Shown: piece by piece, positions 1 through 12,254 of the stretch
How the letters are laid out: every line of letters starts with the position of its first letter
Numbering within the stretch: position 1 is the first letter of the stretch
From: Nemertoderma westbladi
Taxonomy: Eukaryota > Animalia > Xenacoelomorpha
DNA length: 41,428 bases
Assembly (NCBI GenBank): GCA_032718475.1
Contig: JAUCBJ010004373.1
Span: forward strand, 1-41,428
Direction: 5' to 3'
The notes under the pieces: generated by a model
What the model was told of the DNA's origin: nothing
What the model saw: the letters and a program-made list of their open reading frames with translations, nothing else
Databases searched by the model: none
Made by a program: the position numbers and the translations under genes

Positions 1-2529
1 TACACCACGACCTAGAGTAAAGGTAAAATACCGTCCTATGTACACCACGACCTAGAGTAAAGGTAAATACCGTCCTATGTACACCACGACCTAGAGTAAA
101 GGTAAATACCGTCCTATGTACACCACGACCTAGAGTAAAGGTAAAATACCGTCCTATGTACACCACGACCTAGAGTAAAGGTAAATACCGTCCTATGTAC
201 ACCACGACCTAGAGTAAAGGTAAATACCGTCCTATGTACACCACGACCTAGAGTAAAGGTAAATACAGTCCTATGTACACCACGACCTAGAGTAAAGGTA
301 AATTCCGTCCTATGTACACCACGACCTAGAGTAAAGGCAAATACCGTCCTATGTACACCACGACCTAGAGTAAAGGTAAATACCGTCCTATGTACACCAC
401 GACCTAGAGTAAAGGTAAATACCGTCCTATGTACACCACGACCTAGAGTAAAGGTAAAATACCGTCCTATGTACACCACGACCTAGAGTAAAGGTAAATA
501 CCGTCCTATGTACACCACGACCTAGAGTAAAGGTAAATACCGTCCTATGTACACCACGACCTAGAGTAAAGGTAAATACCGTCCTATGTACACCACGACC
601 TAGAGTAAAGGTAAATACCGTCCTATGTACACCACGACCTAGAGTAAAGGCAAATACCGTCCTATGTACACCACGACCTAGAGTAAAGGTAAATACCGTC
701 CTATGTACACCACGACCTAGAGTAAAGGTAAATACCGTCCTATGTACACCACGACCTAGAGTAAAGGTAAATACCGTCCTATGTACACCACGACCTAGAG
801 TAAAGGTAAATACCGTCTTATGTACACCACGACCTAGAGTAAAGGCAAATACCGTCCTATGTACACCACGACCTAGAGTAAAGGTAAATACCGTCCTATG
901 TACACCACGACCTAGAGTAAAGGTAAATACCGTCCTATGTACACCACGACCTAGAGTAAAGGTAAATACCGTCCTATGTACACCACGACCTAGAGTAAAG
1001 GCAAATACCGTCCTATGTACACCACGACCTAGAGTAAAGGTAAATACCGTCCTATGTACACCACGACCTAGAGTAAAGGTAAATACCGTCCTATGTACAC
1101 CACGACCTAGAGTAAAGGTAAATACCGTCCTATGTACACCACGACCTAGAGTAAAGGTAAATACCGTCCTATGTACACCACGACCTAGAGTAAAGGTAAA
1201 TACCGTCTTATGTACACCACGACCTAGAGTAAAGGTAAAATACCGTCCTATGTACACCACGACCTAGAGTAAAGGTAAATACCGTCCTATGTACACCACG
1301 ACCTAGAGTAAAGGTAAATACCGTCCTATGTACACCACGACCTAGAGTAAAGGTAAATAAAATACCGTCCTATGTACACCACGACCTAGAGTAAAGGTAA
1401 ATAAAATACCGTCCTATGTACACCACGACCTGGAGTAAAGGTAAAATACCGTCCTATGTACACCACGACCTAGAGTAAAGGTAAATACCGTCCTATGTAC
1501 ACCACGACCTAGAGTAAAGGTAAATACCGTCCTACTGTATGTACACCACGACCTAGAGTAAAGGTAAATACCGTCCTATGTACACCACGACCTAGAGTAA
1601 AGGTAAATACCGTCCTACTGTATGTACACCACGACCTAGAGTAAAGGTAAATACCGTCCTATGTACACCACGACCTAGAGTAAAGGTAAATACCGTCCTA
1701 TGTACACCACGACCTAGAGTAAAGGTAAATACCGTCCTATGTACACCACGACCTAGAGTAAAGGTAAATACCGTCCTATGTACACCACGACCTAGAGTAA
1801 AGGTAAATACCGTCCTATGTACACCACGACCTAGAGTAAAGGTAAATACCGTCCTACTGTATGTACACCACGACCTAGAGTAAAGGTAAATACCGTCCTA
1901 TGTACACCACGACCTAGAGTAAAGGTAAATACCGTCCTATGTACACCACGACCTAGAGTAAAGGTAAATACCGTCCTATGTACACCACGACCTAGAGTAA
2001 AGGTAAATACCGTCCTATGTACACCACGACCTAGAGTAAAGGTAATTACCGTCCTATGTACACCACGACCTAGAGTAAAGGTAAATACCGTCCTATGTAC
2101 ACCACGACCTAGAGTAAAGGTAAATACCGTCCTATGTACACCACGACCTAGAGTAAAGGTAAATACCGTCCTATGTACACCACGACCTAGAGTAAAGGTA
2201 AAATACCGTCCGTCCTATGTACACCAAGACCTAGAGTAAAGGTAAATTCCGTCCTATGTACACCACGACCTAGAGTAAAGGCAAATACCGTCCTATGTAC
2301 ACCACGACCTAGAGTAAAGGTAAATACCGTCCTATGTACACCACGACCTAGAGTAAAGGCAAATACCGTCCTATGTACACCACGACCTAGAGTAAAGGTA
2401 AATACCGTCCTATGTACACCACGACCTAGAGTAAAGGCAAATACCGTCCTATGTACACCACGACCTAAAGTAAAGGTAAATACCGTCATGTACACCACGA
2501 CCTAGAGTAAAGGTAAATACCGTCCTATG
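1..2529 (+). repeat. 39-bp tandem array, left part (~64 copies); unit contains exon-end/5' splice-site-like AAG|GTAAAT
   Basis: Unit GTAAATACCGTCCTATGTACACCACGACCTAGAGTAAAG repeats head-to-tail from the window start, with occasional 40-bp (GTAAAAT) and GCAAAT variants. Confidence 0.97.
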
Positions 2530-2927
2530 TAGGGATGTCCCGGAATCAATATTTTGATTCCGGCCGGAACCGGAACCGGAATTCAACATGCCGGAATATT
2601 CCGGCCGGAATACCGGCCGGAACCGGAATACCGGCCGGAACCGGAATTTTGTATAAATTAGTGAAATACATTAAATTACCCATGAAACCTTATATTTTTT
2701 TGTGAAATAAACGAATTTTGGCACGTTACGGCCTATTTTGGGGACGGGAGGGGGTACTTCGGCGTTATACGACATGGAATTAAATTTTCTTGTTTCTTTT
2801 AGAAACCTATATCAATGGCCAAAAGTTAGGTTTTTAGGCTCATACTTAAAAACCTAAGTTGACCAGCGGTTTCGGGTTTCCTGGTTTCGCATCATTAGGT
2901 CGTTTAGTGCAATATCCTGGTGTCGTT

Positions 2928-3030
2928 AAGGGAAAGGAGTATGTTACAGTGACATGTTATTCGAACCAGAACAATAAACGAAAGTTAGTAGTACATCTTA
3001 CAGTTTAATTTTGCTGGGAATAAATAGATT
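2928..3030 (+). repeat. Dispersed repeat family A, copy 1 (partial, inside hAT element)
   Basis: AAGGGAAAGGAG..GTTACAGT..CA.GTTATTC.AA.CA.AACAATAAAC shared with 5761, 18728 and 38686. Confidence 0.7.
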
Positions 3031-3351
3031 TCTGGTAAGAAATAGCTTTGCTGTAAATATAAATAAATATACTGTACTATATGCAGCACCTACGACGCAG
3101 GGGATATTGACGCGTAACCCAACGACCACACTTGCAGGACCTAAATACGCAGGCCTATTTGTAACCAAGTAACATAAAGGAATCCTTGGAAATAAGCTGC
3201 AAAACTTAGGGGTAATCCTATATGTTATGTTGGACAATACCAATACCAATATTAATACTATCATATTATTTAATAATTATATCAAAGTAAAATAATGTAA
3301 ATCAATCTAAAAAACGTTATAATATAAGCAAATTGTAAAACCACTCGTTAA

Positions 3352-3709
3352 GGCCCATGTTTCACTGGTAAGTCTTATGTCGTAAGTCGAAATATATTAT
3401 GGAACACCAACACATTGGTTTCAATGGGAGCGTCTCCACTCTACTGGTAAATCGTAAGTAACGACTTATGAGCGAAAGTGATTATGCCCCATGTTCCATC
3501 TTTATTTGACATACGACTCATGACTTATGGCATGCTGAAAGCGATACCTGTTAAATTGTAAATGATTTTGTAAATGTGAGACTCAACTTATATTTTTTAA
3601 CAAATGACTTTTGACTTATGTGTTACCAGTGGAGCAAGGGAGGTGTAATTTTGACATTCTGAAGACAAAATCTGAAAACGACTTATGACTTACCAGTGGA
3701 GCACGGGCC
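3352..3709. mobile_element. PIF/Harbinger(Tourist)-like MITE nested in the hAT element
   Basis: Imperfect ~30-bp TIRs GGCCCATGTTTCACTGGTAAGTC / revcomp GGCCCGTGCTCCACTGGTAAGTC; flanks TAA and CAA; internal GACTTA/TAAGTC repeats. Confidence 0.7.
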
Positions 3710-4181
3710 CAATGCATTTCATAAAAAATCTTCTGAACGACAAAAGATTTTACAAATGTGATCTAAGTTGCATTGAATCTGGCATTCTATCTGGGGGTTG
3801 TGGGTTCGAACCTCGCATGGGCCACGGCAGTTTTCGTTTAGGTACGAATGATTTGAATAGGCTAGCATGGGGTATCTATATCTGCTTTGCATCCTTAAAT
3901 GGTAGCTCTAAGCTAACGGACGAAGAAAATTTTACTTCTTTTTTTACAAGTGTTGACAAGTACTGCATCTTAAACAATAATTGGTAAGTATATATGTTAA
4001 AAAAAATATATAAATTTTGATAATAATTTCACAAACTAATGCAATTGGCAACTATGAAACTAGTTAGGAACCTGGTAATTCCGGTAAAATTCCGGCCGGA
4101 ATTGACCCCATTCCGGCCGGAACCGGAATCGGGCAAAAACCGCCGGAATTCCGGCCGGAACGGAATTCCGGGACATCCCTA

Positions 4182-5012
4182 GTCCTATGTACACCACGAC
4201 CTAGAGTAAAGGTAAATACCGTCCTATGTACACCACGACCTAGAGTAAAGGTAAATACCGTCCTATGTACACCACGACCTAGAGTAAAGGTAAATACCGT
4301 CCTATGTACACCACGACCTATAGTAAAGGTAAATGCCGTCCTATGTACACCACTACCTAGAGTAAAGGTAAATACCGTCCTATGTACACCACGACCTAGA
4401 GTAAAGGTAAATACCGTCCTATGTACACCACGACCTAGAGTAAAGGTAAATACAGTCCTATGTACACCACGACCTAGAGTAAAGGTAAATACCGTCCTAT
4501 GTACACCACGACCTAGAGTAAAGGTAAATACCGTCCTATGTACACCACGACCTAGAGTAAAGGTAAATACAGTCCTATGTACACCACGACCTAGAGTAAA
4601 GGTAAATTCCGTCCTATGTACACCACGACCTAGAGTAAAGGCAAATACCGTCCTATGTACACCACGACCTAGAGTAAAGGTAAAATACTTTCCTATGTAC
4701 ACCACGACCTAGAGTAAAGGTAAATACCGTCCTATGTACACCACGACCTAGAGTAAAGGTAAATACCGTCCTATGTACACCACGACCTAGAGTAAAGGTA
4801 AATACCGTCCTATGTACACCACGACCTAGAGTAAAGGCAAATACCGTCCTATGTACACCACGACCTAGAGTAAAGGTAAATACCGTCCTATGTACACCAC
4901 GACCTAGAGTAAAGGTAAATACCGTCCTATGTACACCACGACCTAGAGTAAAGGTAAATACCGTCCTATGTACACCACGACCTAGAGTAAAGGTAAAATA
5001 CTTTCCTATGTA
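4182..5012 (+). repeat. 39-bp tandem array, right part (~21 copies)
   Basis: The same unit resumes in register after the TSD and fades into unique intron sequence at GTAAAATACTTTCCTATGTACCCC. Confidence 0.97.
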
Positions 5013-5308
5013 CCCCATAAATAAAGGCAAATATGGAGTATTGTTTCTTTCTATCAAGTATGTAGAATAATAATATCTTATTTATAAATAATTAAGGATA
5101 AGAAACAATCCTACTGTAGCAACAACCTAGCAATATAGATGCTGGCTAGTAGCTGTTTACTGTTCTGAGTTGAAGTCAGTATTAATTGTGGTTAGTAGTA
5201 GATGACAGCATAGGAGTGTCGCCTGGGGTGGGGTAGAGGTTGTAGCTGTAGGTATGTGTAGTACAATATGTTGACCTACGTTCGTTAAATACGTAACTTT
5301 TTACACAG

Positions 5309-5490
5309 GGTTCCCCAGCTCGTTCGCTCGATCTATGCTCTACTCCAGACGATCAAAGAGATTCCGACTCAACTTATTTCACTGGTTATGATTCCGGAAA
5401 CGAACTTTCCGATTCGCCTCTCCGGCCCGAGTCTCCGTTGGATTCCACTCATAGTAGGTCGGCAGAGTCGCCCTCTAGAGGACAACACAG
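5309..5490 (+). CDS. Internal coding exon A of multi-exon gene (GSPARSLDLCSTPDDQRDSDSTYFTGYDSGNELSDSPLRPESP...GQH)
   Basis: Acceptor TTTTTACACAG, donor AG|GTAGGC, open frame, raised GC; enters in phase 0 and exits in phase 2, matching the next exon. Confidence 0.8.
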
Positions 5491-5760
5491 GTAGGCATAA
5501 TGGGCCCTATAAATGTGTTGTATAACCCTATAATATTTGTAATTATGCGAGTTATCACAATGCGACCTTGACAATTCCGAAGCAGGACATTTTGAAATGG
5601 TTCGGAATTGTCATCGCCAGGGTCAGAATTATCCGTTTATGATGGACGCAATTTTGTAAAGTGAAAGTTATATCAACACAACGCGTGATTATGAACAAGA
5701 GGGTGTAAAATTGACCTAAATCATCTCGACTCTGTAAATTAGCAATGTTAATTATCAATG

Positions 5761-5910
5761 AAGGGAAAGGAGCAGGTTACAGTAACACGTTATTCAAATC
5801 AAAACAATAAACTGAAGCCAATACAAGATATAGTTTTTTTTGGGAGTAATCAGCTGTTATTATTAATGTCGATTTTCCCCTAGAGGGAAATTAATTCGAT
5901 TGCGTCGAAA
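5761..5910 (+). repeat. Dispersed repeat family A, copy 2
   Basis: AAGGGAAAGGAGCAGGTTACAGT...CAGCTGTTATT...CGATTTTCCCCTAGAGGGAA...GATTGCGTCGAAA aligns to the other copies. Confidence 0.75.
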
Positions 5911-5956
5911 AGTGATTTATTTATAACTGAATGACATTTTATATATTTATTTTCAG

Positions 5957-6086
5957 GTCGAGCAAAGCTTTGGCGGCTATAAGCATGCCTGAGACAGTAG
6001 AGGAAACCGAGATGGAAGTTGTAAGTCAGGGGTCAGTCATGAACAGACTCAACCAATACGAAAGCATGGCAGAATCAACTACCGAA
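5957..6086 (+). CDS. Internal coding exon B (SSKALAAISMPETVEETEMEVVSQGSVMNRLNQYESMAESTTE)
   Basis: Acceptor TTATTTTCAG, donor GAA|GTAAGT; phase 2 in and phase 0 out, consistent with both neighbours. Confidence 0.82.
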
Positions 6087-6223
6087 GTAAGTTAATAATA
6101 ATGAAAGTTTTAGCGGCTCGCCTTCTACTTACGTGTATGCCGTTCATCTTTGCGGACATGTCGGTACCATTATGTGTCTGTCGTTCCGTGTATTTCCGTA
6201 ACTGTTTTTGTTTCTCATTTTAG

Positions 6224-7238
6224 GTTCCGAAATCAAAGAAGGAACCTGAAAGTAGACCTGAGTCCTTAGGTGATAATAAAACTCAGTCACTGAAACCCAC
6301 AGCGCCACCATCCGGGCTTCTTAAACAACCCGGGCCTCTCAAACAATCCGTTTCCGTGGACGAGGGTTTTAAGTCTCAGCCTTCTCTCCGATCCACGGGT
6401 CGTGTGGAGGCTGTCGAGAGGAAACCCTCTCCGTCCTCGCTCCCGAGGAACATCCTCCCGGACATCGGGGGGAGCAGCACTCCTCCTTCATCCGCTACTC
6501 GGCGCGCCAGTTCCGACGACGTTGGCCAGCGGTCCCCAGAGACGGGTCGCGTTGCCTCGGCGACGGCGGTCCGGGTCGCCACGAAGACAGACGTATCCAC
6601 TGCGGGGACTCAACAGAAACCGACGACGACGACTCCGTGGAAACCAGCCGGGGACCGGAAACCCTCGTCCGGAGATGCTCGACATTCCGGAGAAGTCACT
6701 TCCAACTTCCCCTTTCGTCCCGACGCTCCGAAACCGCTGAATTTAGCGGCGTTGGAACAAGTGAAGCTGAAACCGGTAAACCGCGACCGATCGGAATCTC
6801 CGAAACTCCCCAAGAAATCTCCTTTACCAGAAGTCGAGTTGAAAGCGACGTCTCCCTTCCTTAAAGAATCGGTAGGGGGCGCTAAAGGAACCGCCTCGTT
6901 ATCGAGGACCGCCGATAATAAACTCGGGAAGAGAGAAGTGGAGATCGGCGACAACGAGTTCGACTTCGCGCGACGTAAGTACGCGGCGAAGAAGGCGGCG
7001 GAATCGGGTGGGAAGTCGGCAACCATCGGCCCCGATGTTAGCCCTAAACTCGGTTCCAGTCGTTCATTAAAATCTTCCGCCGCTGCCGGAGGCGTGGAGG
7101 AGACGAAGGCTGCTGCTAAACTCTCCAGTAAATCTTTCAGCGCCGGACAACACGGACTCAAACCAACCCCCCAATCGACGCTGACACCGGTCGAACGGCT
7201 CCCGGCCAAACGGCCTGTCTCAGATGGTATTTCTTTGG
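6224..7238 (+). CDS. Large internal coding exon C, Ser/Pro/Lys-rich and probably disordered (contains ORF 6356..7264)
   Basis: Acceptor TTTCTCATTTTAG, 1015-nt GC-rich open frame, donor TTGG|GTAAGT (phase 1). Confidence 0.88.
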
Positions 7239-7399
7239 GTAAGTTATTGTTATATAGCAATTGAGCATAAAGTTCAGTTCTTTAAAACAGCTATTTCGTC
7301 GTTGTGTTTGTTGGGTTCGTTGTATTAGTTGGGTTTTGTTTATTTATCTTCACCTTTGTGTCTTGCTTGATTGCTAACTTTTGGCATAGTCTCTCTTTC

Positions 7400-10300
7400 T
7401 TTTTGTTTCCTTTTTGGTGATACAAACGTGTTTGAGTCACCGTCTTTTGTATCCTTTTAGGTGATCCCAAAGTGTTTGAATCACCGTCTTCTGTTTCCTT
7501 TTAGGTGATCCCAACGTGTTTGAGTCACCGTCTTATGTTTTCCTTTTTGGTGATCCCAACGTGTTTGAGTCACCGCCTTCTGTTTCCTTTTAGGTGATCC
7601 CAACGTGTTTGAGTCACCGTCTTCTGTTTCCTTTTAGGTGATCCCAACGTGTTTGAGTCACCGTCTTATGTTTCCTTTTAGGTGATCCCAACATGTTTGA
7701 GTCACCGTCTTTTGTTTCCTTTAGGTGATACCAACGTGTTTGAGTCACCGCCTTCTGTGTCCTTTTAGGTGATCCCAACGTGTTTGAGTCACCGTCTTTA
7801 GTTTCCTTTTAGGTGATCCCAACTTACTTGAGTCACCGTCTGATGTTTCCTTTTAGGTGATCCCAACGTGTTTGAGTCACCGTCTTATGTTTTCCTTTTT
7901 GGTGATCCCAACGTGTTTGAGTCACCGCCTTCTGTTTCCTTTTAGGTGATCCCAACGTGTTTGAGTCACCGTCTGATGTTTCCTTTTAGGTGATCCCAAC
8001 GTGTTTGAGTTACCGTCTTTTGTTTCCTTTAGGTGATACCAACGTGTTTGAGTCACCGCCTTCTGTGTCCTTTTAGGTGATCCCAACGTGTTTGAGTCAC
8101 CGTCTTTAGTTTCCTTTTAGGTGATCCCAACTTACTTGAGTCACCGTCTGATGTTTCCTTTTAGGTGATCCCAACGTGTTTGAGTCACCGTCTTATGTTT
8201 CCTTTTACGTGATCCCAACGTGTTTGAGTCACCGTCTGATGTTTCCTTTTAGGTGATCCCAACGTGTTTGAGTCACCGTCTTTTGTTTCCTTTTAGGTGA
8301 TCCCAACGTATTTGAGTCACCGTCTTTTGTTTCCTTTTAGGTGATCCCAACGTGTTTGAGTCACCGTCTTTTGTTCCCTTTTAGGTGATCCCAACGTGTT
8401 TGAGTCACCGTCTTTAGTTTCCTTTTAGGTGATCCCAACTTACTTGAGTCACCGTCTTATGTTTCCTTTTACGTGATCCCAACGTGTTTGAGTCACCGTC
8501 TGATGTTTCCTTTTAGGTGATCCCAACGTGTTTGAGTCACCGTCTTTTGTTTCCTTTTAGGTGATCCCAACGTATTTGAGTCACCGTCTTTTGTTTCCTT
8601 TTAGGTGATCCCAACGTGTTTGAGTCACCGTCTTTAGTTTCCTTTTAGGTGATCCCAACTTACTTGAGTCACCGTCTGATGTTTCCTTTTAGGTGATCCC
8701 AACGTGTTTGAGTCACCGTCTTATGTTTCCTTTTACGTGATCCCAACGTGTTTGAGTCACCGTCTGATGTTTCCTTTTAGGTGATCCCAACGTGTTTGAG
8801 TCACCGTCTTCTGTTTCCTTTTAGGTGATCCCAACGTGTTTGAGTCACCGTCTTATGTTTCCTTTTAGGTGATCCCAACGTGTTTGAGTCACCGTCTTAT
8901 GTTTCATTTTAGGTGATACCAACGTGTTGAAGTCACTGTCTTCTGTTTCCTTTTAGGTGATCCCAACGTGTTTGAGTCATCGTCTTATGTTTCCTTTTAG
9001 GTGATCCCAACGTGTTTGAGTCACCGTCTTCTGTTTCCTTTTAGGTGATCCCAACGTGTTTGAGTCACCGTCTTATGTTTCCTTTTAGGTGATCCCAACG
9101 TGTTTGAGTCACCGTCTTATGTTTCCTTTTAGGTGATACCAACGTTAAGTCACTGTCTTCTGTTTCCTTTTAGGTGATCCCAACGTGTTTGAGTCACTGT
9201 CTTTTGTTTCCTTTTAGGTGATCCTAACTTATTTGAGTCACCGTCTTTTGTTTCCTTTAGGTGATCCCAACGTGTTTGAGTCATCGTCTTCTGTTTCCTT
9301 TTAGGTGATCCCAACGTGTTTGAGTCACCGTCTTATGTTTCCTTTTAGGTGATCCCAACGTGTTTGAGTCACCGTCTTTTGTTTCCTTTTAGGTGATCCC
9401 AACGTGTTTGAGTCACCGTCTTATGTTTCCTTTTAGGTGATACCAACGTTAAGTCACTGTCTTCTGTTTCCTTTTAGGTGATCCCAACGTGTTTGAGTCA
9501 CCGTCTTTTGTTTCCTTTAGGTGATCCCAACGTGTTTGAGTCATCGTCTTCTGTTTCCTTTTAGGTGATCCCAACGTGTTTGAGTCGCCGTCTTTTGTTT
9601 CCTTTTAGGTGATGCCAACGTGTTTGAGTCACCGTCTTATGTTTCCTTTTAGGTGATACCAACGTGTTTGAGTCACCGTCTTTTGTTTCCTTTAGGTGAT
9701 ACCAACGTGTTTGAGTCACCGTCTTCTGTTTCCTTTTAGGTGATCCCAACGTGTTTGAGTCACCGTCTTTTGTTTCCTTTAGGTGATCCCAACGTGTTTG
9801 AGTCACCGTCTTTTGTTTCCTTTTAGGTGATCCCAACGTGTTTGAGTCACCGTCTTATGTTTCCTTTTAGGTGATACCAACGTGTTTGAGTCACCGTCTT
9901 TTGTTTCCTTTTAGGTTATCCCAACGTATTTGAGTCACCGTCTTTTGTTTCCTTTAGGTGATCCCAACGTGTTTGAGTCACCGTCTTCTGTTTCATTTTA
10001 GGTGATCCCAACGTGTTTGAGTCACCGTCTTTTGTTTCCTTTTAGGTGATCCCAACGTGTTTGAGTCATCGTCTTCTGTTTCCTTTTAGGTGATCCCAAC
10101 GTGTTTGAGTCACCGTCTTCTGTTTCCTTTAGGTGATCGCAACGTATTTGAGTGACCGTCTTTTGTTTCCTTTTAGGTGATCCCAACGTGTTTGAGTCAC
10201 CGTCTTTTGTTTCCTTTTTGGTGATCCCAACGTGTTTGAGTCACCGTCTTCTGTTTCCTTTTAGGTGATCCCAACGTGTTTGAGTCACCGTCTTTTGTCC

Positions 10301-10874
10301 TTTAGGTGATCCCAACGTATTTGAGTCACCGTCTTTTGTTTCCTTTTAGGTGATCCCAACGTGTTTGAGTCACCGCCTTCTGTTTCCTTTTAGGTGATCC
10401 CAACGTATTTGAGTCACCGTCTTCTGTTTCCTTTTAGGTGATACCAACGTGTTTGAGTCACCGCCTTCTGTTTCCTTTTAGGTGATCCCAACGTGTTTGA
10501 GTCACCGTCTTCTGTTTCCTTTTAGGTGATCCCAACGTGTTTGAGTCACCGTCTTCTGTTTCCTTTTAGGTGATCCCAACGTGTTTGAGTCACCGCCTTC
10601 TGTTTCCTTTTAGGTGATCCCAACGTGTTTGAGTCACCGTCTTCTGTTTCCTTTTAGGTGATCCCAACGTGTTTGAGTCACCGTCTTTTGTCCTTTAGGT
10701 GATCCCAACGTATTTGAGTCACCGTCTTTTGTTTCCTTTTAGGTGATCCCAACGTGTTTGAGTCACCGTCTTCTGTTTCCTTTTAGGTGATCCCAACGTG
10801 TTTGAGTCACCGCCTTCTGTTTCCTTTTAGGTGATCCCAACGTGTTTGAGTCACCGTCTTCTGTTTCCTTTTAG
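7400..10874 (+). repeat. 44-bp tandem array (~79 copies) of the 3' splice site plus first ~30 nt of exon D
   Basis: Unit GTGATCCCAACGTGTTTGAGTCACCGTCTTCTGTTTCCTTTTAG; its last TTCCTTTTAG is directly followed by the homologous exon start GTGATGCCGACGTGCCTGAATCACCGTCTTC. Confidence 0.97.
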
Positions 10875-11051
10875 GTGATGCCGACGTGCCTGAATCACCG
10901 TCTTCCGATTCTCCTAGTAAACCCGTGTCGGTTAAGAACATGGCCGGTCTGTTCTCTGCGACGAAACCAGACGAACCTGTTCTACGCAAAGACCGCTCCG
11001 ACGAACCGAAGCAGAGCCAAAATCGCAAGAGTTTCCCCGCTGGTATAATAG
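10875..11051 (+). CDS. Internal coding exon D (DADVPESPSSDSPSKPVSVKNMAGLFSATKPDEPVLRKDRSDEPKQSQNRKSFPAGII)
   Basis: Acceptor TTTCCTTTTAG, donor ATAG|GTAAGT; phase 1 in and out, matching exons C and E; overlaps ORF 10886..11137. Confidence 0.85.
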
Positions 11052-12254
11052 GTAAGTCAGTCTCATCATTATTATGTTGGTATGTTTCCTCACACTACAC
11101 TTTGTTTTTGTTATTGTCGATATTTCAGTATAATTAGTCTTCTCTTGAGCAGTTGTGTTGGGCCCCTTTACCTTTGTGACATTAATTACTATTACAATAA
11201 TTAGTAATCTAACCCCGAACCTTGTCATTGTTGCACAAACTACCAAATTATAAATTAATTTTTGAGGATTGTGTTCTCCCAGCTTGCTGTTTTCCGTAAG
11301 ATTCCATTCCATCAACAATGGCTTTTTTGCGCCCGTTGTTATTTGGACATTGCCACCATTCTCTATCTCACTTTCGCCTTGTGTTATTATTTTAATATAT
11401 TTATTATTCATAAATAATTATTATAAAATCACTCAGATATTGTAATTTTGTTCTTTTATTTTTTACAATTTAGAACCAAAGAATTGACGTTTCTGGTTTG
11501 TAATTATTAATCTTGTAAATTCATATAGGTAGGCGATACTCTATTGAGATTTACTGACTGTCTCATTTGAATTGTTCATTATATGCATCAGTTTATGTTG
11601 ATATTTCTAAATCTCACCAATTTATGATTTAATTATAGCAACTATTTCTAATATTTCAGGTTTTATTACAAATATATCTCAACTATTTCAACTTTAGTTT
11701 TACTCATAGTATAGTCATAAACAAGGTTTTGATGATTTCAGTACACAATAATTATTCTGCTAATTAATTCAGTCTTCGAATATTGTTTATACTCCCAAAC
11801 ACGTTTTCTCGAAAATAATTAAATACCCAATCTATTTTTAAAATAAACAATGTACGTACGTGCCTTTTTATAAAGTTATTTATAGTTGTAGCGTCATACT
11901 TGTCTATTCTACATGCCTCTCTTTGCTCGTCGAATAAACAGACTATTCTCCTATAAAGTTATGCTTTATTATTTGGCGTGATATAAATTGTCATGGATAG
12001 AATGGCATGTCAGCGCACCTGATTGTTCCTGAAATGTACGCGGAATTTAGTCACAACCCATTTACTCACAAACTTCTTTAGACTATTTTTGCTTATGAGA
12101 TTGCGTTACCCTTGTACTCAAATATGAAACTCTAATAAGGTCAACTCGAATAAACGCCATCCCCTCCCCACTGACCATGCAACCAAACGCCCCTTGAGAA
12201 TAATCCGATTCATGATTATGAATAATACAATGTCTGAATTCAGGGTCCGATACT

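Larger units (their letters stand above)
2530..4181. mobile_element. Non-autonomous hAT-superfamily DNA transposon (1652 bp) inserted in the 39-bp array
   Basis: Perfect 17-bp TIRs TAGGGATGTCCCGGAAT (Ac-like TAGGGATG start); 8-bp TSD GTCCTATG at 2522-2529 and 4182-4189; dense subterminal CCGGAA/CCGG motifs at both ends; no transposase ORF. Confidence 0.92.

Noticed and set aside
3788-3825. tRNA gene (GGTTCGAACC B-box/T-arm)
   Set aside because: Only a T-arm-like piece, with no A-box or cloverleaf; at most a SINE remnant.
114-5057. Minus-strand ORFs made of FTFTLGRGVHRTV repeats
   Set aside because: By-product of a stop-free 39-bp unit; antisense to the host gene, with no unique coding sequence.
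6376-7260. Overlapping alternative-frame and antisense ORFs in exon C
   Set aside because: Shadows of a GC-rich coding exon; only the 6356 frame is phase-compatible with the flanking exons.
9561-11411. Minus-strand ORFs 9561..9836, 10807..11028 and 10932..11411
   Set aside because: Derived from the 44-bp repeat or antisense to exon D; no recognisable motifs.
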